The notes beneath the pieces are model-generated. The model saw only the letters and a program-made list of their open reading frames with translations. It was not told the origin of the DNA and searched no databases. The position numbers were made by a program, and so were the translations under genes. This document shows positions 52,976 through 64,000 of a DNA stretch of 64,000 nt, piece after piece. The stretch is from Nageia nagi (taxonomy: Eukaryota > Plantae > Pinophyta). Within the stretch, counting starts at the first letter, position 1; every line of letters begins with the position of its first letter. The stretch lies in contig JBITNC010000001.1 of assembly GCA_050084985.1 (NCBI GenBank), positions 192,324,001-192,388,000 on the forward strand. Reading direction: 5' to 3'.

Positions 52976-55900
52976 ATAGTCAAACTATACCCTTATTTAG
53001 GTTATTTTGATCAAGATGAGGAACATTAAGAATTAACTTACCAAGAAATGATGACCAATAGTTTAAATATATATTTGAAGTAATTGGTGATTAATACTTT
53101 GATATCATTTTGAGAAGAGATCAACCTACAATACAAAACTACCATAAAATAAGAGGAGGACACCTACCATTATAGAATATTATATATTGTAATCAATGAA
53201 GATAAACAATGGCCACTACATCAGCATCCAAACTTCTATTTTTTCAAAAAGATACTCATTATGATAAAATATATTTTTTCATATTGAAAAATGATTAGGA
53301 AATAAGGATAGTCACTATTAATGAAGCAAAGGTCCTTGACTTTATATTTAGTCTAAGAGAAAAATTCCTCATTTGGTTTATGAAATATAAAAATGTACAA
53401 CCAAATCAAGTTGCTAAGATATGGAAATAAATCAAGGCAATATTTGATGTAGAATACCAATTTCCATAAGGTTTATTATATAGATATTATGAGCAAGATG
53501 AGGTATATGATACAATATTCTATAGAAATAACAAAGGATTTTGAAAAAAAATTAAAGAAACATAAAAAAGACTCTAGGAACCTATGATAGAGAAATTAAT
53601 ACTAAATAATTTGTATCTAGCTGTAGACCTAACATTATACAATTTATGAAAAAAATATACCCATATTATATAGATGAACTCCTAGAAGTAGATTAAATTG
53701 AATCTTGAACCTGGTAATCAAAAGACTTAAACTCTATAATTTTAGAGAAAATATAAATAATTTCTTGATAGATCACCAACATGTTAGTTTATAAAATGCT
53801 AGAGGCACCCCCTATTAGAAGAGAAATTTGATATCAATTATGCACCAAAGAATAACATATCACTAAAGAATGACCTATTTTAAGGAAATCCCTTAAGGAG
53901 TTCTTCCATATATATCAAACCATGGGAAATCATACTACACATGATTTTATAGTAGTAGGAATAAGAAGAGGAATTATTGGATCAAACTGCTAAACTTTTG
54001 GATAAAAAAATAATTGGATAGATTAATTTCAAGAGAAAGGATTCTTAGACAATATTGAGAAAGAACTTAGAGATCACCCAAGGATATATAATACTCACAC
54101 ATATCAACCACCTATGTATAGACATACCAAAAGACCAAATCCTCTCCCATATGTTGATCAAACTAATATTACCAATATTTTAGTGGTAACATTAACATAG
54201 GTACAACCTAGTAATGATAATAGAAACTATAATAATTATCCACCTAATCGATACCAAGAAAATAATCAAGGATAAAATAATCAAGTATATAATAATCAAG
54301 AATAAGGTAGAGGATGAGGAGGTAATGGTGGATACAATAATTAGGTTCATATTTAGAGTAGAATACCATTATATTTTAATTATGGCAACCAATCTCATTG
54401 GTAATAAGAGTGTCCTCACCTAAAGGCCTTCATTATATGCTATTACTACAAAAAAAGGATCATGGGTATTCAGATTATCCAAAACTATTACATGATATAT
54501 TGGAAAAATAGATAATACAAAGGGTTACAAACCTAGTATAATTGAATGTTAAACTTATAAAATAAGTTTCCATCATTGACCAAGTTACTTTCACCCAAGC
54601 TTGGGAGGTATCTATATCAACAATCCAAATTAAGGAAAAAGATCAAAAACCAATGGTGATTAGTAATGGGAAACAAATATATCACCAAGTTCAAGAGTCC
54701 ATGTAGTAGCATTAATTACTACCATATCAAGAACCAAAAAGGTGAAATTTGACAAACTAATTATTCAAGATATCCTCTCATAAAATAAATACCCTTTAAA
54801 CCTTGATGTGAAAAAGGAATTCACTAAAATAACCTAAGATATAATAGAATAATTGGAAAAATACGGCATGATATAGACTAAAATGGAACCCTTAAATTTA
54901 CTAAGGAGAAGATACAACTCTTGAAAGAATTTAGTCAAATATTGAAAGATGACGATCTGGTGACTAAATTAAAATATATTACTAAATATGCAATAAAAAG
55001 GGGAGGATTACTAAGAACATGAGAGTTGCAAAAAATGAAAAAAAATATGGAAAAATAAATCCACAAAAATTGACACTAAAAATGTGACCATATCTTTGGA
55101 AACTTGGTAATAGCTCAAGTTATTTCTCTTGTTGATGGAACACTTGTCAAACCATAAGGAGTCCTTAAAAATATGATCATATCCTATATGAGATTTGATT
55201 CTTAGGTATAATTTGAGGTAATTGATATGAAAATAATAATAGGGTATTCTATATTGCATTATTATATTTATAATGGTTTATAAATAATAAAAAAATCTTG
55301 AATAGTAAATCACAAGAGTTAATAATATCAAATGAAGAATATATAGTACACCTTCCATTAAATATTAAAGGGGTGGAATATGCTTATGTAGATTTCCCAA
55401 ATACTAGTAGGGATAATAAAAATTAATATGAGAGTGATTATCTATGATTCAAAAACTTATACATTATGATAATTAACAAATAATTATATGGATTTTAGGA
55501 CCATAAAGATCCAATTGGTGATCAAAAATTGAATTTCCATAGTGGTGACTTTGAAGAAGACTCTAAGATCATTGAAATGATTTTACAAGGGATCATAAAA
55601 TAACCAATAAAAGGAATATCCAAATCACCGATAGTCAAAGAGTTTTTAAGATTCACCAAGGGTATTTTTTATAATACTCTACCAAATTTTAATGGGTTGG
55701 AATCCCCAAATGCATTACAATAAATGGAAATGATATTTACTAATTAAATAAGTAGAATTGAAGCATTAGATGATGCATTAGTCACCACTTCAAGAAGATG
55801 GTGGGGTACTCATAAAGTTTCCTTTCAAACCTAATATGAAATCAAAATATAGTTTAAACTTTAGTTTGAACCTCCAAAACCTATCAAAGTACCCATAAAA

Positions 55901-56429
55901 TCATATTTAGGTAAGGATATTCTATTAGACCATAAAAACCAATGTGAGTCGACTTGGAATCTTTAAGGAATATCTAAAGTTATAGTATAGGTTCAATTGT
56001 TTCATTAGAATTTAAACACTATTCATAAATAATGGTATATCTAAAAGAAATTAAGAAGAGGGACATGCAATTGGAACACTCTCCAAAATGACTTCCTCAA
56101 AACCTTATCTTTTTACAATAGTGACTTGAACATTCGAAAGGGTTTGAAAAAAACTAGAGAATTTGTATTCCTAACTCTAGAGGAGGCTCAATTCAAATTT
56201 ACTAGATCTCCTAATTGTACTCCCCCTACCCCTTCTACTTGAATCACTAGAAATAACTAAAGTAAAAATCCTTTCCAAAATAAAGAGGAAAGAAGACTCA
56301 AAGCTAAAGGATCCAAAATAGAAAATAAAAAATATGAAATATGAATTTGAAGAAGGTGAACATGATGTGATCATAAAAAACATAGCAATAACATATTATG
56401 ATTTAGTGTTAAATATCATAAATATTAAT

Positions 56430-58700
56430 ATCAACACATAATCAATTCCTAAAATACTATAGAGAAGAATTATGATATAGTATTCACTAAGGCGATTGAT
56501 AAAAAAATTGCTAAATATCATGAGAAAATAACATAACTATAGAAAAAATAATTAGAAGTATAATTATACTTATAAGACTTATAACAAGTTCAATCCAAAA
56601 TTTTATACTTTCTATAAAAAAAGAATAACATCCATGAGGAATAAAACATCACCCTTTAATACTTACAACAACTTCATCTGTAAACTTTTATAAGTCATGC
56701 TATTCAAGAAATCATCAAATACGTATTTCTTGAACTTGAATTTTTCAACACATGAATTCAACCATAATTATTCCTAATACCCAACATTACAATATTGAAT
56801 AATATATGGCATCTTGGTTGATTAAATCCATGTTCTTCTTCTTATTGTACAACCTACTAATTACAAAAATGTACTTAAATATAACTACCATAACTCATAT
56901 AATAAGATCCATGATCCTACATGTGGAAATATTACTAATTTCCAATCTTGGAAAAAATAGTAAAATAAATGCATACATTAAATGGATACAAAAATATTTA
57001 TATTGGTTCCTTTTAGTGTGAGAGTACATCTAGTCTAATAGGGCTCTTATTATTTTTTCCAATGAACATTACAATGATGTAATATTATGGAGAGAAATAC
57101 TATCTTACAACAACCTAGAATATTACTTACTTCCACAATATTATGAATCAATCATCCATATCATTGATATATAAATTAATTGAATGAAAGAAGTGTTAGT
57201 AAAAAGGTAGGATGGTATTGAATTATTTAGTCTCAAATGGACTCCAAAACTCCTCACTCAACTATATCAAGTCTACACTCTCAAGCTTCTATATAATGGA
57301 TCAAGAATACTAAAATATTTTATGAGTTACCACATAAGTAATGAATTTAAAAACTATCCATTTTCCTTATATAATCATGACATAAACTTTGTAGTTATAT
57401 GTTTGGAATAGAATGGGTGTTGTTACACCTATGTAGAAACACCATGAAACTTCATCCGATTGAACTGGAACATATGAAGATCTGAGCATGAACATCTCTA
57501 GTGATAATCTTCACTCAAGAACTATGATCTCCGTAAAACATTCAATGTGTAACCTCTTAGATCTCTCTTAATAAAGGCTCACAATTTATCCAATGGCTGG
57601 AGAAATCCTAATAACAACTATTCAATAATTATAATGTTAAAATAACACAATCCTTTGGATGACACTCATAACATCCTCAATCTTGACATGCTTTACAAAT
57701 TCATACCAAGTGATTCGATCTCAACAATAATAAAGTAATAACATATAATGAATATGATATAATATTCATCCTACACCATGAATCACATATTACATACTGA
57801 CCATCATGACTATGATTTCCACCTCCATCTAACTAATTGCAACATTATAAATATAAAGGAAAGAAGCATTTATGAGGTTCTATTCTACCTTTGTTTGATT
57901 TACAACTAGTATAAAAGTAACAATGAACTTCATAGTTGTAAATCCTCACCATCTATGGAAAGTTATACTCCAAAATGGTAGCATCCTACCTACAGTAAAG
58001 GAAACAATCTTCCTTTTTCTAAACACGATATACACTATCCTATTCCTATATGGGATTATCTCACATACGAGAAATAGCTTATATGAAGTCTTCCTAATAT
58101 ATTAATATCCTATCATTCTAATAGAAATATAACATTTATACCTGCAGTACTTCATGGCTTGGAAATGAGAGAAATTCTCCTAAGCAAATTGGAAAATGAG
58201 AAGAAAGAAGATTTTATGAAACTTTGATTTACCTTGAATTGATTTCATCCATTATGTAAATCACTATAATCTTTCCATGATTGTAGATTCTCCTATCCAT
58301 GGTAAATCCTATTCCAATGTTGGTAGCAACTTTCCTACAAGAAAAATACCTTTTCTTCTCTCCTTTAGTTCCAAAACTCTCTAACTTGTGTAACAAGGAT
58401 TTCACTCTCCTCAAATAATCCACAAGAATGTGTTTTCCATCATCACAACCATATTTTCACATTTCAAAGAGTCTATGCTTTGTATTCCTCCATGAAATGA
58501 TTATGATCCTTTACTTACCCCATAATTCTACATATCCAATGATGTTTGCAGTATGCAAAATAGTGCATACACCCTTATGATAGTATTTTTGGAAATAAAT
58601 AGTTTGTAGGAAATCAATTTAAGTGAAGATTATTTTTTTGACAAAGGTAGGCATGCATACACTTGTTGGAAGGGTATCTTATATAAATATCCAATAAAGG
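56430..58700 (-). mobile_element. Decayed LINE (L1-type) ORF2 3' region
   Basis: FGTKGEKKRYFSCRKVAT (ORF 58229..58423) resembles the post-RT FLW..KK....W.KV motif; zf-RVT-like RCTL.LK...IF at ~56990-57040. Very degenerate. Confidence 0.45.
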
Positions 58701-61700
58701 AAGAATTAACTCAATTTTATATCTATATCAAAATTTATACCTTCCCTAATATGACTAACCTATTTTTGTGATAGGTTTTAGCTATAATAACACCACAAGA
58801 TCATTAGAAAAAGATTCAAACACCACATAAACATGAGGATTAACCAATTCCTCACTCCTATGATATTTGAAAATAATTATATGGTCTAATTTTAGATCAA
58901 AAATCCATAAATAAAAGGAAGCATAACTAAAATTTCTTAATAAATGTATAGAAACATTCCCAAACTAGTGATGTCATCAAATATGCTTAGAATTACATGA
59001 ACCTAGAGTTCATTTTAGAGATAATTTATTAGGAGATTTACAAATGGATATAAATAAAAGGATAAATGTAGATGATAAAATTTAATCATAATTATGGTAA
59101 GGATGATGCAAATATATCTATTTTAATTACAAATAAAGAAAATTAATTGCTTATGATAATGAGTAAATAAGATATATCTAATATAAATGTGAAATGATAG
59201 ATAAGATAGAAATAATAGAATAAAATTAAATAACTTGATAAACCTTTAAGAGAGGAATGATAAATATTTTTGAACTTATCTGGATGTCCATTGAGTAGCT
59301 ATTTAGTTTTGATTTGATATGTAGGGATTGGAAGGGACAATAGAGAATTTATTTGTGAACTTATGAAGTATCTGTACCTGTAGTGCTGGCACTAAGAAGA
59401 AATATAACCTAGCCCTAGAATTGGGAATCCTATAGAGCATGAGTGAACTAATTCTAAATCTAACAACCAAAACATTAAACCTCAATGTGTATCATGAAGG
59501 AATGGAAGATAACTCTTAAGTATAACAAATTCTAATCTCAATAGGTGGTGTCCAAAGATACCATCAAGGTTTTTGATGGATGTGCATAGTCTTGTCGATA
59601 TGATATATTGATAGTATTTCCATGCATATAATTATCTATTTATAATATCGAGAGATTACCTAAATACACCAATTTTGGTGGTCACTTGCATAAAATAAGT
59701 GAATTATACATGACATATAAACTAGGTGGATTATAATTGATAATTGAAATATAACATAACATCATATTGATCATAATATAATGAGGGTCATATGAAAAAT
59801 AGTTTGGCCTAAAAAGGATGCCAATTTTGGTAGCAAAAATTCCCCCATTTATAAGTTCTAATGAAATAAATTGAAATTTTTCTTATAAAGTAAAGAGAGA
59901 AGAAAATAAAAATTCCCTGATTTTGGTTCTTGATAGAATCAACAATTTATTTGATGATGTATTATGTCCCATATTTGCATTGATTATTATGGAGGAAGTG
60001 AACATCAATAATAAAGTACAAATAACCTTTGGGAAGATATAAATACCCTCCAAAGATCATAATAACATCATATATCATCTTATAGCAAACCATTATGTAG
60101 ATACCTAAAAGTAGTCCCCCTCATGTGGCCCCATGTATATGTAATATTACATATATAGTCAATCATATTTAATTATATTTAAGCATATTATCACATATTT
60201 ATCATGTTATATTCTAATTTTTATGCTAGGTATACTAGGTTTACTTCAACATTTTTACAAGGGATCAAATGATGATATCATGCCTAATCTAAATGTAAGT
60301 ATCTCTAAATTGGGGAAAGCATATCAAGATTAAATATTAATAGTTTATACCATACAATTGGGTGTTTATAAATTCTTCCTATTGATATTGGAATCTTGTT
60401 ATCACTTGAGTAAATATATTTCATCCATATTCATGATCATATGTTTGGCTCAACTCATTGGCACATTTGTTGTTATCGATCCTTATTGGCATACCTCATT
60501 CTTTTAGAATGCTAGCACCCACACTGGATTTTTTTCTACTATTGGTCATGGGGTTTTCATACAAAAGTCATATTACCTAGATAAGTTCACCTTGCATCTA
60601 TCCTACTTCTACATAGGTAAGGATACACATGTATTTATCTTACACTTGATTCAATCTCTTTAGTGCATGATTTTATTTTTTATGTTGATAACAATAAAAT
60701 CATAATTCTATTATTGCACATGCTATATTTTATTATTTATTATTATTCATGTATATTTATTTGAATTAAATAGCTTAAATAATACATACTTAAATATTTG
60801 TGTATTTAGTTCATCTAGGCCAAAACCCTAGGTGTACCAAAACACATATTAACATATCGACACCAACCCATTTATAGTATTTATTTCTCTTAATTAGGGT
60901 TAGAATAAAAGTGATTTCAAACTACATTAAACATTCTACCACAATGTTAAACCTATTAAGTGTTTTATTTACACATTATATTCCAAAGGAATTATTTTCT
61001 ACTAGTAATGAAAATGTAAATATTTCTTATGCACCTACTAATCTTGTAGCTAAGAAAGATTCCAAATGAAGAAATATTGGTAAATCAAAGGTGGTTCAAT
61101 TATGGAGTGAGAGAATACATACAAAATAACCATTTGTAGATGTACAGGGGAAAATAACTAAAGATGCTAGTGAAAGTATTTTAGATAAAGAGAGCTTTGC
61201 AGAAAGATATGATAGTTCAATAAAGATAATAAATAAGAGGGTTTATTTTGATAATGATGGATTCAAAATCCCACATAATCAATAAATTTCTCCTATAAAT
61301 TATGAATTATTCAAAAAAATCATGAGCTCTAAAGAAAATAAACACAAATTCACCAAGCTTCTTAATGGGCTACCCATTGAGGAAAAAGCTTACATAGTTG
61401 ACAATTGAAGATGAAGATGTAGCAAAGAAATGAAGATTATGGAATTATAATAGGAAAAATGAATGCATACCTCCTGATTATATGAATATTACACTAGAAA
61501 ATATGAATTTAGGATTCTTAACAAATATTTTTGTACCTATGCTGAATATTTTCCTATTCATTCTTCCTAATCCCAACATGAACGCTCATGTTAGTGTTGA
61601 TGCTCACCCTAGCATGGATGTTGATACTTAGGAAGAAAAAATGGTTCCAATACCTTTGGTTATCTCTATTATAGATATAATTATAGGAATGTAACAAAAG

Positions 61701-62589
61701 ACTATTATTTTGACTCAAAATATTAGCCAAAACATTATCCAACCTGCTACATTGCCCAACTTGCTTCATTAGGAAGATCAAGTTGATAATCCAATTTTGA
61801 TAAAAAATGTTGAAGATTCATTTATACAAGTTATGTAGATTAAGCATATTGAAGAATTAAATGAATACACATATATGTTTTTTGAATATGAGTGTGATCT
61901 AGAGGAACCTAGAAAGTATGAAGCGATTAACAAAATTCTTAAAGAGGTTAATATTCCATACTCAAATTAGTTAGAGGAAGATAACATTATAAAAGCCAGA
62001 TTTCTTTATTCAATAGATGAACTTGAAGTTGAAAATTTGAGTATACCAAAAAAGATATCCTATTATAAAGGATTGATTCAAAAATTTCAAGATGATTACG
62101 AAACAAAATATGATTATTTCAGCCAAAGAATAAGAAATTAATTTGATGTCCCATCATAATGCAAGAAGAGAGGATATATCAAGAGGAATATGTTGATAAA
62201 TTTCTTGCCCAAGCTATGTAGCCCATTTTTGGTAGATTCAAGAGAAAAATGATATTAAATCTATAGAATTACTAAAGTGTAACATGGAGAACATGTTACT
62301 GATGACTCATGCTAATAGATAATGGTTAGTTTTTACAACTTTACACAACATCATCCATGATAGAAACAACAAAATTGGAGCTTTCAAAATTCTCCAACCT
62401 AGATAATAGTTATCTATATTTGAGCATGGAAAACATTTCAAACCACCAATCAAGGAAAATATTAAGGCAATTGTACAAGCACCAACATTACAAGAAATAA
62501 ACATTGAATACACACAAAGAGTTATAACTCACAACAAAGAATCCTACAAATAGAAAAGCATCAAGGTTTGCAACCTATAAGAAATTAGG

Positions 62590-62920
62590 AAAGCAATCCA
62601 TTATGCATGAGAATTAAATCTAATATATTGTATTCTAGAAAATATATGAAGTTCACAAAGTTTGGTGGTACTAATGATCCATGCCTTCATTTTTGTATCT
62701 TCTTTTATGAAGTCTCCTTAATCATAATGGATGATGACTTGCATGCTTAATTATTTTTGTTATATTTAATAAGAGATGTTAAGGAATGGTTTAACAAGTT
62801 ACCACATGCTAGTATTGAAGGATTTGCATAACTAAAGACTATATTTTATGATCATTATCATATTCGTATTGCAAAGAAGGTAACATTCACTGACCTAATG
62901 AAAATAAGTCAAAGAGAAGG
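62590..62920 (+). pseudogene. Ogre/Tat-type retrotransposon gag fragment
   Basis: KFTKFGGTNDPCLHFCIF...DVKEWFNKLPHASIEGFAxLKTIFYDHY...VTFTDLMKISQREG. Confidence 0.75.
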
Positions 62921-64000
62921 TAACATCCACCTAATTCTACCACTCAATGATCCTTAACATCTAGTGTTCCAAGTGAGTGTAAGTCATATTAGTCTTGTGA
63001 TTATCATTAATAGTGAGGACATGTGACAAATTATTGCATACCATTATTAACAAGATTTAGGATTTGATTTATCAAAATAAGGTGTCTTTTCTGGAGCTAA
63101 AGGATACAAAATCAGAAAATAAGATAAGAAAATTATGAGGACCTCAACATGAGCAAAAAAAAACATGGGAATTTTTAACAATCCATTCCCTAACTTCATC
63201 AAAGCTAAATCACTAAATACAAGCATCAACTTTGTTGGTAATATCAACCCAATACAACAAAAAGGTACACATTATTGTTCTCATTCATGTCATTTATAGT
63301 TTGTCTTACATATATAGTAACATAGATGTTATTATTTTATTTTTGTGATCAAACCTCCTTTAAAACCCCACTTCTACATTAGGATGTATTACCTTTTCCC
63401 TTTACCTTATCTACATTGGGGGCATTCATAATCCATTAACTAAAGATCCCCCTTCCTCTTTTGTAATCCAATGCTAACAGTGATACCAATGCATGTGCTA
63501 GTCTTCTCTCACAATCACCAAAAATCATTAGTGTAGTGAGTCCACCCATATCTTCTTAATGATAATCTTTAATACCTTGACCAACATTTATATCCTTTAC
63601 CAAGAAAAATTGGGCTATGAATTTCTTAATAATTTTATATTTCATGGAAACCTAATGATTTTTCTACCATTCGAACTTTGTTTTTATCTAAACCTTTAAG
63701 GGAGACCATATTGGAGGTAAAGAGGCCATAGTTAGATTTGCTCTTCATCTATTAAGCCAACATCCATGTTAGGTTCCTTGGAGTTTTTCTAGCATAGTCT
63801 ATAATTTTCCATCACCTCTTAACCATTAGATTACTTTAAACTATGTGTCACTTTGGGGTTCTATCATGAGTTCATTTTTACATTTAGGGTTCATTTTTGA
63901 CTTAAAATTTACAACCATACAACCTTGATACCATCTTAGTTTCTTATGGTCACTTCATGAAATTCTGACCCTATCCATAATCATGAGTAGTTAAACCACA

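Larger units (their letters stand above)
47600..56400 (+). mobile_element. Highly decayed Gypsy-type gag/protease region hosting the Copia insertion
   Basis: Gag-like motifs ALDDALVTTSRRWWGTHK (~55763-55815) and WYIxKKLRRGTCNWNTLQNDFLKTLSF (~56033-56113). Boundaries are uncertain. Confidence 0.55.

Noticed and set aside
62930-64000. Possible LINE ORF1 relic on the minus strand
   Set aside because: Only a vague motif (FDEVREWIVKN); too degenerate to support.

Overview
AT-rich, strongly CpG/CHG-depleted plant nuclear DNA. The TE and PPR motifs point to a gymnosperm/conifer (inference). There is one intact gene: an intronless plasma-membrane Qa-SNARE syntaxin (SYP1 family, SYP12-like) at 39349-40239 (+), inside the only CpG-rich island. 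The rest is old, nested transposon debris: a full-length Ty3/Gypsy (14490-20696), a Tnt1/Tork-like Copia (48428-52975) carrying a CACTA insertion, a SIRE-like Copia, Gypsy/Ogre/LINE relics and two small TIR elements whose empty sites are visible in the window. A ~10-kb block is tandemly duplicated (copy A 10355-25942, copy B 28174-38631), and homology stops 718 bp upstream of the syntaxin ATG. Two odd satellite types lie in or next to this block. First, ~187-bp and ~141-bp arrays built from condensed PLS-class PPR gene fragments, every unit keeping the DMYAKCG-KAxELFD segment. Second, a ~161-bp array whose unit is one 60-nt phase-0 exon plus a GT-AG intron with a branch point, inside a decayed multi-exon gene of unknown family. 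Coordinates and alignments were read by eye; boundaries of decayed elements are approximate.
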